From positions 64,001 through 128,000 of the IMG/VR virus record IMGVR_UViG_3300028588_000016: a stretch of 64,000 bases of DNA. One strand, 5' to 3'. The notes below the pieces were generated by a model, which was given only the letters and a program-made list of their open reading frames with translations, made no database searches and had not been told where the DNA came from. Each line of letters opens with the position of its first letter. The stretch's first letter is position 1. The DNA comes from a virus. A program made the translations under genes and the position numbers. This document shows positions 50,830 through 60,856 of the stretch, one piece after another.

Positions 50830-51300
50830 TTACGAAGCTATTTCGAAGTGCATCCAATCATAGTTCTTCTCTCTACCTAAAGAAAGGAAACCATGTTTGT
50901 AAAAGATATCAATCATAGCTTTGTATTCCGGTCTTGCAAAACGAGCTGTTCTGCTTGTTTCTTTGAGTAAATTACGATCTGGATCTAAATCAATAGCTGT
51001 TCCCCACGAGTGACGAGACAAGGTAGTCTTACTACCTCTCATTAATCTGTAGTTAAAACAACCACCGTAAAGATCAATACCTAGCTCTACAATCTTTTCG
51101 TAACCATAATGTGCTAAAATATCTTTAAAGACAGCGACTAATTTATCTGCTATTAGTTTATGACATTGAATTCTTGTTGCGTAATTCTTTCTATCCCAAG
51201 CTATTCTCATCTTATAAGGAAGAGTAATATAAGTTAAGTACCCCGCGCCTGTAGCGTTAGGGGTACCATATTTCTTGTTTAATTGTTCTGTTGTTATCAT
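50830..51300 (-). CDS. Endolysin, peptidase M15 family (156 aa)
   Basis: Zn-ligand motifs [11 protein letters not shown] and DWMHFE, with an upstream catalytic Arg in FNYRLMRG. Confidence 0.88.
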   Translation of the reverse strand: MITTEQLNKKYGTPNATGAGYLTYITLPYKMRIAWDRKNYATRIQCHKLIADKLVAVFKDILAHYGYEKIVELGIDLYGGCFNYRLMRGSKTTLSRHSWGTAIDLDPDRNLLKETSRTARFARPEYKAMIDIFYKHGFLSLGREKNYDWMHFEIAS

Positions 51301-51344
51301 AATTATTTCTTTCTGTTAAAATTGTTTTAATTCTTGTGCTGTCA

Positions 51345-53687
51345 TTAGAATGGTACTTCTGGAAATTTATATTTAATAAAACCACTTGAGGTTCTATAAG
51401 GAGCGTAATTATCTAAAACACTTAATCCTGATGTATCGTCTATAAGAGGTAAACTTTGTACATAAGCTTTAGTTAATCCAACTGAACCTCCACTACTTTC
51501 AATTTTAATAAGATTACCTGAATCATCAACTCCTAACGCACTCGCTTCACCTGCAAGAGCACTAAGTCTTAAATTACCACTTAATAAAGTATCACCATCA
51601 ACTGTTAATCTATTACCGTTTTCCGTAAAGACACCTCCGTCTTGTAAGATTAAGTTACCAGTCTCTGGCATCATTCTAAACTTGTGAGTATTATTAATCT
51701 TAATACCAAAGAACGAATCACCAGTTGTTGTATTTAATACAGTTTCATTTGGATCTAAATATAAGATTGCTCTTTTAGAACCACCCCAAGTAAGCATGTC
51801 ACCGTTAGCTTCTTTATGGTAACTGTTTGCTTCGATATTGCCAATAACAATCTGATTACCTGTAAAAGAATTGGCGACATCTAATCTAGCGTAATCAGAC
51901 AAATCAATAGGTGTTCCTCCACCTCCAGACTGAGCATCTACATAAGCTTTAGTAGCAAAATCGTCTGGTAAAAATGGGGTACCACCAGATACTCTAGCTA
52001 ATTTATATTCGCCATCTTGAACAAGGTTGAAAACAGCACTTGTTGAATCTGTATTTTCAGAACCGGCACTTAAATGAAGTGATGTAGAATTATTATTGTC
52101 ATGTCTATTTGCAACTAACTTAACACCGGTTATCAAACCATTACCAAATGAAACTTCAAGAGCCGGTTTAATAATACCGTCGTAAACAAAAGAAATCATT
52201 CCATTATTATATGGAGTATTCTTATTAGCTTGAAATAACATACCTCTACCAGTAACAGGTTCATCACCAGGTTCTGTTATAAATAGACCTACATTATTAT
52301 TTATTTTAGAATCAACATAGCGTTTAGTAACAAGAACTTCTTCGTCTCCTACTCCCCAATTAGCGGAATAATCCTCATAATAATATAAACCTTTATTGGT
52401 TAGAGTATCAGTAAATTTAGTAGAAATAGTAGGGTCTGAACTAATATTAAAACCTCTACCATTAGTATTACCTAATATTAAATAATCTCCTGCACTAGAA
52501 ACACCTGCTAGAATACCTACAGTTTTAGCATTCAAAAATCCACTACTAAATACAGCAAAACCTGAAGTTTTAGATAAACTAAATAAACCTCCCCCACTAA
52601 TTGCTCCAATAGTAATGGGGTCTATATAGTCTCCACCTAATCCAACAACTCCTTCAGTTTCAGTAAGACCGTTGTTAAATATATAAGAACTTCCTCCACC
52701 TGTAATATCGGATAATAAAGCAATAACTCCATCTTTATCCTGAAAAGTTTGTAATCTATCGTTACCTGCTGATAAAGTAGATACTAAATTTAAATAACCT
52801 CCTATACCGGCATCTCCAATTGTTATATAATCAGAACCAATATTTGTAGCTTTGGATCCGTTAATAATTCCAATAGAAGTATAATCAATAGATATAGTAT
52901 TTAAATCACCATCACCTAATAATATAAAATTATCTTGAGCTGTTTCAGGACTAGCAATTATATAACCTGTATCACTAATAAGAGCAAAAGTATCTAAAGC
53001 CCATTTAGCATTTGGAATCCAATTATTATCTAAAGGGAATGTTCTTCCTATAGAATAATCATTAGCATAAAAAGCACCTCTCCCTGTAATTTCATCTAAT
53101 AATTGAATACCTAAAAGACTATCTGTTGACGTGGGCGAATTATCTATAATAATAGCACGACTCGTTCCACCAAAGCCACCTGCTCTTAAATCCACATTGA
53201 CTAATGTATCATCTATATTATGAGCTACTATACTGGCTTGATTTGCAGGTGAACTACCTCTAGCAATAAACATTGCTTGAGTATCTGACAAATCTAAAAA
53301 AGTGGAACCTGATAAGTTTGATATATTTATACTACCTTCATAACTACCGCCCAACTGTACAAACCCATCTTCAGTTATATGAAGACCTTGATTAGCTTTA
53401 ACTCCTGCGGAGTTTCCTAAATTTAGCCATTGCTCCCTAGTTAAATGATACCTTTCACTAGCATTACCTCCCTGTATTCCAGTAAGAAGATTATGTATAG
53501 ATAACCAAGGCCCGTTTGACGGGGCTCTTTGGCTTTCTATTCCTAATAAAGGAGGACAATAATCTGGATCTATTTCTAAAGGTTTCTCTAACGTAATAAA
53601 GTTATTATCTGTATAGTTATTTAAATCTACATTCTCTATTTGTTCCTTGAAGTTTTCATCTTCACACGATAAGAATCCTGTTTTCAT
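51345..53687 (-). CDS. Fibre-like structural protein (780 aa)
   Basis: HNLLTGIQGG..ERYHL motif. Repeated NxGL...GxVxLGG and YxxDYS...(W)...K.YVD units. Confidence 0.55.
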   Translation of the reverse strand: MKTGFLSCEDENFKEQIENVDLNNYTDNNFITLEKPLEIDPDYCPPLLGIESQRAPSNGPWLSIHNLLTGIQGGNASERYHLTREQWLNLGNSAGVKANQGLHITEDGFVQLGGSYEGSINISNLSGSTFLDLSDTQAMFIARGSSPANQASIVAHNIDDTLVNVDLRAGGFGGTSRAIIIDNSPTSTDSLLGIQLLDEITGRGAFYANDYSIGRTFPLDNNWIPNAKWALDTFALISDTGYIIASPETAQDNFILLGDGDLNTISIDYTSIGIINGSKATNIGSDYITIGDAGIGGYLNLVSTLSAGNDRLQTFQDKDGVIALLSDITGGGSSYIFNNGLTETEGVVGLGGDYIDPITIGAISGGGLFSLSKTSGFAVFSSGFLNAKTVGILAGVSSAGDYLILGNTNGRGFNISSDPTISTKFTDTLTNKGLYYYEDYSANWGVGDEEVLVTKRYVDSKINNNVGLFITEPGDEPVTGRGMLFQANKNTPYNNGMISFVYDGIIKPALEVSFGNGLITGVKLVANRHDNNNSTSLHLSAGSENTDSTSAVFNLVQDGEYKLARVSGGTPFLPDDFATKAYVDAQSGGGGTPIDLSDYARLDVANSFTGNQIVIGNIEANSYHKEANGDMLTWGGSKRAILYLDPNETVLNTTTGDSFFGIKINNTHKFRMMPETGNLILQDGGVFTENGNRLTVDGDTLLSGNLRLSALAGEASALGVDDSGNLIKIESSGGSVGLTKAYVQSLPLIDDTSGLSVLDNYAPYRTSSGFIKYKFPEVPF

Positions 53688-53697
53688 TTCTTTCTTA

Positions 53698-56600
53698 TTA
53701 ATTAATTTTTCTAGAGCCTATTGCGTGTATTTTAAATATCGCATTAATAGGATTTGAACCTGTTAGTGATTTAAGAATAAATTGAACAGTATGCGACACA
53801 ATAGCAGGACTACCTGAAGAAATAAGAACAGGAGGTGTTTTGATTGTATATCTACCTTTGGGTAAAAACCAATCATCAGTTACTGTTGGATAATATCCTT
53901 GTGAAGCAGCTAATGTTTGTGCATAACTTGCTGTGTAGACATAAATTTGTGGAGAAATTCCACTAATGTTCACCATATCTTGCATTATTTCGATATCAAC
54001 TATCATTTCAATGACATCTGCTGCAAGGTAAGTAACTCCACTTGTTTTATTTTGTTTATAATTAAATACGCCTTCGTTAGTGTAGTTACCACTAACAGTT
54101 ATTATTTGCTTATTACCTGAAGTTTCTAAAACTTTAGTAGGTGTAACAGTAGCACCGTTGCTATAATTCTCAATACTCCAATTAGTAGCTAAAGGAGAAC
54201 CTGTTGTAAAAAAAGGATTATCTACACTAGCAGGATTAATCTGAAAAGCAATATTCGCATCTTCTATTAGAGTATTTAATACATTTCCCACGATTGTTCC
54301 CAATAGAGTATCACCTTTTGTATTTGGATGTAAACCGTCAGCAAATAAAGTTGAAGTTGTCAATATAGTGGTTGAATCAATAATTCTATCAACATCTTTA
54401 TTGGCTAATATCCAAGCGTTTACTTGTAGTCTAATAGCTTCATTAGCAGCAGACAAAGCCGCTGCTGGTGCAAATCTTGTTGGAATTGTAATAGCGATTA
54501 CTCTACAACCAATTGCTTTTAATCTTCTATATATTGTTGTTAAATTAGAAGTGATAGTATTGAAAGATACTGATTGGGTAACGTCATTTGTTCCAGCCAT
54601 CACAACACAAGCTTTAGGATTTAATGCAATAAGTGTGTTTAATCTAGCTAAGATTTGAGTACTATTTTCTCCGGCAACACCTTGATTACTTCCTACAGGT
54701 CTTTTGTATTTATTACCCGAAATAATACTAGCTATAGTAGAATAACCATCACCTAAGTAATAATTAATTCCATTATTTACAGAATCTCCGTGAGCTGTAA
54801 TACTATCTCCTGTAAATGCCAAAGTAGAATCTATAGGCAATAAAGAATTCACAACTGATATTGGATTAACATCTCCATTAACCCAATTATTTTGTCTGAA
54901 AATAGGAGATACGTAACCATTAAAACTATTTACTAATGTTGTTCCAAATATTTTATTATTTAAAAAGTATACGTTAGATGCAGCTGAATTGTTTGAAGAA
55001 AAGGCATAAACAGGTTGGTTAGTTGAACTTTTAACATCATTACTGTTTATAGTGTTACCACTAATTATAGCTCCTGAATGTGTTGTTACGATACCTGTTT
55101 CCAGTAATCCACCTGTTGCACTATTTAAATAGGTTACATTATTACTTGCAATTGATACAGTACCTGTCTCACTATAAGATGCGGCAAATGTAAATATACC
55201 TGTTCTATTTACTGTAGATGGTTTAGAAAATATTAAAGTATTACTCATAATTTCTACAGATTTACCGTTACCACCCGCTTGCATTAATATACCATATTCA
55301 GATGGATCTTGTATATCGTTATCAGCTATTCTATAATAAGTATTAAAGTTACCTAATGTTTCTATAGCTCTCTTACATCCTGTAATTGTATTACCAGTAA
55401 CAGATGTTACACTAGGTACAGCATCTGTTATTTCAAATAAGTTATTTATAAAAATACCATCACCAATACCAACTGGGTTTTCAATAGCATTACCTTCAAT
55501 AGTTTGACCTGTTTGGCCATTAACTTCTATACCATAAGCTACAAATCCTTTAATAGTATTGTTTCTTACAATAGATTGATAACCAACAGATGAAATACCC
55601 ATTCTATTATCTTCTACTACACCTAAACCTGCATTTAAAACAGTGTTATTAAATATATTACTGTTATAAGTATGTTGTTGATCTTCAATACCTGAGTTAC
55701 CTGATTGTTCAATAATGTTATTAGATATTTGATTTCTATAACAAGGATTGGCTGTACCTCCATTACCTGTACCAGTGAAACCTACTTTACTAGATTTGTA
55801 ACTATAATTGTTGTCTATGATATTATCACTAGCACCATATTCACAATGTCTAACAGCAACTGTATAAAATTTATTATTAATGACTTTATTTCGTTTACAA
55901 GTTAAACCAGATAACCAGACTCCATGAACATCTAAACCATAGATAAAATTAAAATCAAATATGTTATTATCTATTATATTATCTTGTCCGGTTACTCTGA
56001 TTACTGAATTAGTCCATGCCGTTAAAGTACTGTTTGGGAAAGCTACTGTAGGTGGAATAAATCTTAAATCTTTAATAGTTGAATCAGTACCTGTCATAGT
56101 GACATATCGCATGAAATTAAGTAAATCACCAGTTGGATTAATTGCTCCGATAATTGCTTTATTTACACCTCTTACTATTTTGTTAGACGTAATACTTAAA
56201 GGTTTATTAATAAAGTAAGTACCTGGTTTACCGTCAATAATTACCTCGTCATAAGTATTGATAGCTGTTTGTAACGCTGTAGATACTTCTGTGTTAGCAG
56301 GAGCTTTAAATACAAAAGCTGTATTTGGTGCTATTGCTCCAATCGCAGAATCTACGTAAGGTTTTAAAGCTACGTTTCCACTTAATCTTGCGTCATTTAA
56401 TGTTCCGGAAGTGATTTGTGCTGCATTAGTAGTAGCTTCACCTCCACCGCCACTCAGCTTAAAAAAAAAATCTGTTACAAGTGCTGTAAGTAAATCTTGC
56501 TTATTAGACGGAGGATTTACATCTGAACCGTCAATGTTTAGTTTACTAATATCTGACATACTTAGAATAACCCCTGTGTCTCCAAATTTAAGGGAGTTAC

Positions 56601-56703
56601 CTGCAACAACAGATAAAGGAGAGTCTGTTGGAATTTGAGCTACAAATTCATTTGTATCACTTAAGAGTAATACGTTACCGTTACTTAGTTTTTTAAGTTT
56701 CAT
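53698..56703 (-). CDS. Tail spike/depolymerase (1001 aa): N-terminal anchor, right-handed beta-helix, SGNH/GDSL esterase, C-terminal beta-domain
   Basis: Parallel beta-helix repeats (I.NN.I...G..GI). SGNH blocks FTGDSIT (Ser ~634), NQGVAGENS, MAGTND, DGLHPN. Confidence 0.85.
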   Translation of the reverse strand: MKLKKLSNGNVLLLSDTNEFVAQIPTDSPLSVVAGNSLKFGDTGVILSMSDISKLNIDGSDVNPPSNKQDLLTALVTDFFFKLSGGGGEATTNAAQITSGTLNDARLSGNVALKPYVDSAIGAIAPNTAFVFKAPANTEVSTALQTAINTYDEVIIDGKPGTYFINKPLSITSNKIVRGVNKAIIGAINPTGDLLNFMRYVTMTGTDSTIKDLRFIPPTVAFPNSTLTAWTNSVIRVTGQDNIIDNNIFDFNFIYGLDVHGVWLSGLTCKRNKVINNKFYTVAVRHCEYGASDNIIDNNYSYKSSKVGFTGTGNGGTANPCYRNQISNNIIEQSGNSGIEDQQHTYNSNIFNNTVLNAGLGVVEDNRMGISSVGYQSIVRNNTIKGFVAYGIEVNGQTGQTIEGNAIENPVGIGDGIFINNLFEITDAVPSVTSVTGNTITGCKRAIETLGNFNTYYRIADNDIQDPSEYGILMQAGGNGKSVEIMSNTLIFSKPSTVNRTGIFTFAASYSETGTVSIASNNVTYLNSATGGLLETGIVTTHSGAIISGNTINSNDVKSSTNQPVYAFSSNNSAASNVYFLNNKIFGTTLVNSFNGYVSPIFRQNNWVNGDVNPISVVNSLLPIDSTLAFTGDSITAHGDSVNNGINYYLGDGYSTIASIISGNKYKRPVGSNQGVAGENSTQILARLNTLIALNPKACVVMAGTNDVTQSVSFNTITSNLTTIYRRLKAIGCRVIAITIPTRFAPAAALSAANEAIRLQVNAWILANKDVDRIIDSTTILTTSTLFADGLHPNTKGDTLLGTIVGNVLNTLIEDANIAFQINPASVDNPFFTTGSPLATNWSIENYSNGATVTPTKVLETSGNKQIITVSGNYTNEGVFNYKQNKTSGVTYLAADVIEMIVDIEIMQDMVNISGISPQIYVYTASYAQTLAASQGYYPTVTDDWFLPKGRYTIKTPPVLISSGSPAIVSHTVQFILKSLTGSNPINAIFKIHAIGSRKIN
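56461..56470 (-). repeat. T10 homopolymer (minus strand) inside the spike gene
   Basis: Ten consecutive A on the plus strand, encoding D78-F-F-F. Confidence 0.95.
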
Positions 56704-56715
56704 TATTAATTTATG

Positions 56716-57651
56716 TTATGCTGGTATTGATGTCCATGCTATTGTAGTGTTACCTACTTTATCGGGTGTCAGGCTCTTTATTGTGAGACCTGTTATGAAA
56801 TCACCACCTGTTGTAATCCTGTTATAATCTATTACAGTTATATATGAGACTTCTTCGCCCATTGTAAATACACAATCATATAGGAAAGATCCGCTATTTG
56901 TAAAGACTATTTCAAATTGATAATTAATTGTGAAAGGTGCTATTCTATTTAATGAGTAAATATCCACTAACGCCGCAAATAGTTGTATCGCTGTTATTTG
57001 GTCGTTTTCGTCTGTAATTGGAATTGAGCCTACACTTAATGTAAGAATCTCTTTTCTCTCTGCACAACAATCACTATATTCAAAACTAGATTCAAAACTC
57101 TCACCACTACCTCCTGCGTAATTTAAATCAGCTATGAAACAAGGTTCAATCAAATCTCCATCCTCATTCTTTAAGTAGTTTCTGATACCTATACTACCTT
57201 GATTCCCGTTTTCATTATTTTGAGTATTAACCATTTTAATTACATTAGATGATTGTACTAATGCTGGATCAAAGTAATGAGCTATCATGTTTTCAGGAGG
57301 ACATATAAAGTCTCCATCTATTAATGCGGGAGTATCTAAAGAAGCTATGAATACTGAACCTATTTGTGTATCGTAATTTAAGTCTACGTTTCCGATTAAA
57401 CCGTCGTTTAAGTAAACATTAAAGTTATCATCTTTTGCTGCGTTTGAGTTACATATTTGAAATACTAATACTCTACTAGGACAAACAGGAGGTAACTCTA
57501 TTGGGATCTCTATTATATTAGGTTTAGGTGTTAAACACGAGCTATCCCAAGTTGAATCTTCTTCGTAGATTATCACATCATCCAACTTAGTAATACAACT
57601 AAGATCGGATGACGTAACATCTGTAACATCTTGAATATAACTTTTAGCCAT
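56716..57651 (-). CDS. Cys-rich hypothetical structural protein (~311 aa)
   Basis: Likely start MAKSYIQ at 57651, overlapping the upstream stop. The track's start at 57702 would overlap 59 nt. Confidence 0.6.
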   Translation of the reverse strand: MAKSYIQDVTDVTSSDLSCITKLDDVIIYEEDSTWDSSCLTPKPNIIEIPIELPPVCPSRVLVFQICNSNAAKDDNFNVYLNDGLIGNVDLNYDTQIGSVFIASLDTPALIDGDFICPPENMIAHYFDPALVQSSNVIKMVNTQNNENGNQGSIGIRNYLKNEDGDLIEPCFIADLNYAGGSGESFESSFEYSDCCAERKEILTLSVGSIPITDENDQITAIQLFAALVDIYSLNRIAPFTINYQFEIVFTNSGSFLYDCVFTMGEEVSYITVIDYNRITTGGDFITGLTIKSLTPDKVGNTTIAWTSIPA

Positions 57652-57880
57652 TTGATAACTTAACAATAGCGTTATCAAATAGTTGTATCTGTCTGAAAGC
57701 ATCTATCTCAAAATCTTTTATAAAATCGATTACAGTTATTGCTTCCATAATCGGTTCATATCCGTCTAGAGGATGTCCTCTTTGAGCTTTTATAACAAAA
57801 GAAGAATAGGCTTTAATTATTTTTGCTTTGAGCGATTCACGAAGTTTATCCGCAACCGCAGTCTGATCCGTTGTTGCCAT
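57644..57880 (-). CDS. Small helical hypothetical protein (78 aa)
   Basis: ORF track. Fills the gap between two genes and is coupled to the downstream ATG. Confidence 0.55.
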   Translation of the reverse strand: MATTDQTAVADKLRESLKAKIIKAYSSFVIKAQRGHPLDGYEPIMEAITVIDFIKDFEIDAFRQIQLFDNAIVKLSNG

Positions 57881-58601
57881 TGATTTGTTTACAAATTAGA
57901 CCACATGAATTACTAGATTCTATTACTTTTTGAACCTCATTCAAATGACCGTCTTCTTTTAAATAGTTAATAACGTTTAAAGTCATTACTATATAATCTC
58001 TTTGTTTTTTATAGATATCTCCTTTACCGTTACAAGCTTCTAAACCTTTTGATAAGATTTCTGTTTGTAATTTAAACAAACATTTGTTAAGATAACAAGT
58101 ACTTATAAATTTATAACTGGTTATAGAACCTGTAGTATCATTACCCATCAGTAAAACTAAATCTTTTAATTCAACTACTTCGTTAGCTGAATTATAATAG
58201 AAACCTGTTTCTGGATCGTAGTAATAAGCAGTCTTAGTTATATTTCCAATATTTGCTAAGTAATAAGCTTTGGTAATTACGAAGGCTCTTTTAAAAGTAT
58301 AGACTCCGTCTTTAGCTAAAGTATAATATTTAGTTTCAAAGTTATCTGCATAAACTGGTTTAACTTCTGAGGTTGTTAAACTAATTACTTCTTCTAATGG
58401 GTTAAGGATTTGCGTATCTCTATTGTAAGGATTATAGATTACAGTATCAATAAAAACACCGTTTGATAATTTATAATCACCTTCTAAGGTAGGAGTACCG
58501 GATTCAATTACGAATCCGTTAGCTCCACCGAAACCTGTAGTATCTTGTATACTTAATATACAATTACTATTAAAGTTGATATTTATTTTTAATTTAGTCA
58601 T
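57846..58601 (-). CDS. Conserved structural protein downstream of portal (251 aa), C-terminal CGCG
   Basis: ORF track. Cys-rich C-terminus. Synteny. Confidence 0.55.
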   Translation of the reverse strand: MTKLKININFNSNCILSIQDTTGFGGANGFVIESGTPTLEGDYKLSNGVFIDTVIYNPYNRDTQILNPLEEVISLTTSEVKPVYADNFETKYYTLAKDGVYTFKRAFVITKAYYLANIGNITKTAYYYDPETGFYYNSANEVVELKDLVLLMGNDTTGSITSYKFISTCYLNKCLFKLQTEILSKGLEACNGKGDIYKKQRDYIVMTLNVINYLKEDGHLNEVQKVIESSNSCGLICKQINGNNGSDCGCG

Positions 58602-58603
58602 CT

Positions 58604-60856
58604 TTAGTCCATTTTAACCTCATTGTTATTTGGGTTATTGTCAAACATTTGCAGTTTCTCTAGTTCAACTTTCTCTTCATCAAGCTTAAGTTTACCATCG
58701 TTAAATACTCTAACATTATCGTTAGCTTCACTACGTATAGCAAAATCGTTTTTAACTTTAGCTTCTTCAAGATCCAAGTTACGTTTCTTAAATGCTTCAA
58801 GTTCTCTAGCAATCTTTTGCATTTCTTGTTGCATTTGTTGCTGTTGTTGTTGAGCTTGTTCAAGTTGTTGCTGCAAGTTACCAACAATGTCGTTTTCTTC
58901 TTTCTTCTTAGCTAAACCGTTAAGAATAGATTCTTGCATTTCAGTCATACTTTCGGTAGTAATAGCTTGGAAAACTACTTCTGGATCTACTAGTCCACCT
59001 TTAATAAGTTCCATACTTAATCCTTCAATCTTTTGCATATCTTTGATAATGTCTCCACTATCTGCAATATGTACATCGTGATCAGTAAAACTAAAGTTCT
59101 TAGGATCTACTGTAAAGATTTTACGTTGTTTATCTCCTAATATAATAGAACCTACGAATCCTTTTCTGTATGAATACTTACATTGATTGATAGCGTCAAC
59201 TAATAATTCAGCTGTAATGTTATCCATTAAATGGAAGTAGGATTTAGTAATAATAGCAGATTGTTTTACTCCAACTTCTACGTTAGTTACCGCATCTCTT
59301 TGTTCTATTCCACCAAGTCTTTCTCTGAAGACACCTGTTATATTTGAACAAGCAGCTTCAGTTTGTTGAATAGCTAAACCTATTGCTTGTATTGCATCAC
59401 CTTTAACAGTATCGTCAAATCCACCGAATATAGTATTAAGGTTAGCTGCACGGCCTTCTTGTGAAGAGTCTAACAAAGCAACACCGTTCTTTTTATAACC
59501 TATCCATTTCATCAAACGTTCTGCAGGTTCAGTACCTAAGAAAGCTGGTAATTGCGATACGTCCATAAAGTCACCTTGTACACCAGAGTTAGCCATTAAA
59601 GTGTCTCTCCAGAAGTGTAGTAAATCATACTTATCTTGAATAGAAGCCGCAGCTAAAACTAAAGAATAAGTAGTACCTCTAGCACCAGGACAGAATCCAT
59701 TAACTGATAAGTAAGCAGCGTTAGGTTTTTCGATAGAACGTATAACGTTTTCTTTCTTACCCATATCACAATAAATATCAGCACCTATACGTACACCCTC
59801 ATAGATATCAGTACGATAACCTTTTCCATTAATACCGTCTTTCATTTCGATTTCAGTATTAGTAGTCCATTCAACTTCGTAAACAGGATATAAATTCTGA
59901 GTACTAAAGTCCCTATCGTATTCAGCAGAATAAGGTATAGTTATATCAACATTTGAAATAAGTCCACCACTTGCACTCCTGATGTAGTAAACTTGTGCGG
60001 TATGATCGTAAGCTACCTCGCTATCTAAAGCATCGATATCTTCTTTCTCCATCTTATGACCATACTTAGAAATTATTTCAGTCTTAGTATACCAATAACG
60101 TACAACACTCCTTGCTCTCTTCTTAACGTAGGGAGAAGAATAGTTATTACTATTTTCTATAAATGTATCAAAAGGATTAAGTATTTCAATCTCTGGAGTT
60201 TCTCCTTCATGCTGTAGAGATACTTTGTAATAACATTGACCTGCCACCAAGATATCTAAGAATAGAATCTTTAGTTTAGTGTATAAATCAACTTCTCTAC
60301 TTTGTATTAAGTGAGTAACGATATCTTGAGCAGCTACTTCAAAATCCGATTTAAAGTTTCTACTTAAATCATCCTTTAGTTTACTAATCTCTCTTTCATT
60401 TGCTTTATCGACAGGAGGTTGTTTAGCTTTCTTCTCTTCTTCTGTTTGTAAAGCGTACCAAAGATTATTCATCATTTGGCTTTTTAATCTTTCTAATTCA
60501 CCTGCATAGATTGCTTCCTTACGTTGCTTTTCTATTAAGTTGATAGTCTTTCTATCTTTACAAGTGATTTTCGGTTTAAGTTTGTTCTGTAAATGTTCAC
60601 CGATTAAAACGTCAATATGACTCTTAATCAGAGGAATGAATTCTACAGAAGTAGGTGTACCTATACCGAAGTTATCTTCTAAGTGTTTGTATTGATCTTT
60701 GTCACGTTTACCTTCATAGTAGTTATAAGCTTTTCTTAAAGAATCTTTCTCATACACTAATTCAGAAATAGCGGCATCAATACAATCCATAAGGTATTCT
60801 GGATCTTCCTTTTGTTTCTCTGTCAGTAATACTGATCTGTAATTAACAGTGCCCAT
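58604..60856 (-). CDS. Portal protein (750 aa)
   Basis: Located after the terminase. AYNYYEG, FIPLIKSHIDVLIGE, ITGVFRERLG motifs of crAss portals. Gln-rich C-terminal coiled coil. Confidence 0.88.
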   Translation of the reverse strand: MGTVNYRSVLLTEKQKEDPEYLMDCIDAAISELVYEKDSLRKAYNYYEGKRDKDQYKHLEDNFGIGTPTSVEFIPLIKSHIDVLIGEHLQNKLKPKITCKDRKTINLIEKQRKEAIYAGELERLKSQMMNNLWYALQTEEEKKAKQPPVDKANEREISKLKDDLSRNFKSDFEVAAQDIVTHLIQSREVDLYTKLKILFLDILVAGQCYYKVSLQHEGETPEIEILNPFDTFIENSNNYSSPYVKKRARSVVRYWYTKTEIISKYGHKMEKEDIDALDSEVAYDHTAQVYYIRSASGGLISNVDITIPYSAEYDRDFSTQNLYPVYEVEWTTNTEIEMKDGINGKGYRTDIYEGVRIGADIYCDMGKKENVIRSIEKPNAAYLSVNGFCPGARGTTYSLVLAAASIQDKYDLLHFWRDTLMANSGVQGDFMDVSQLPAFLGTEPAERLMKWIGYKKNGVALLDSSQEGRAANLNTIFGGFDDTVKGDAIQAIGLAIQQTEAACSNITGVFRERLGGIEQRDAVTNVEVGVKQSAIITKSYFHLMDNITAELLVDAINQCKYSYRKGFVGSIILGDKQRKIFTVDPKNFSFTDHDVHIADSGDIIKDMQKIEGLSMELIKGGLVDPEVVFQAITTESMTEMQESILNGLAKKKEENDIVGNLQQQLEQAQQQQQQMQQEMQKIARELEAFKKRNLDLEEAKVKNDFAIRSEANDNVRVFNDGKLKLDEEKVELEKLQMFDNNPNNNEVKMD

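Noticed and set aside
51316-51345. 9-codon mini-ORF MTAQELKQF overlapping the 780-aa stop
   Set aside because: Too short to support. It could arise by chance in AT-rich DNA.
42722-56703. Diversity-generating retroelement or invertible shufflon in the fibre region
   Set aside because: No reverse transcriptase or recombinase in the window. No near-identical TR/VR pair differing at adenines and no inverted-repeat cassettes were seen. The fibre duplication differs at all base types.
58825-58880. CAA/CAG-rich tandem-like repeat
   Set aside because: It simply encodes the Gln-rich coiled coil of the portal C-terminus.
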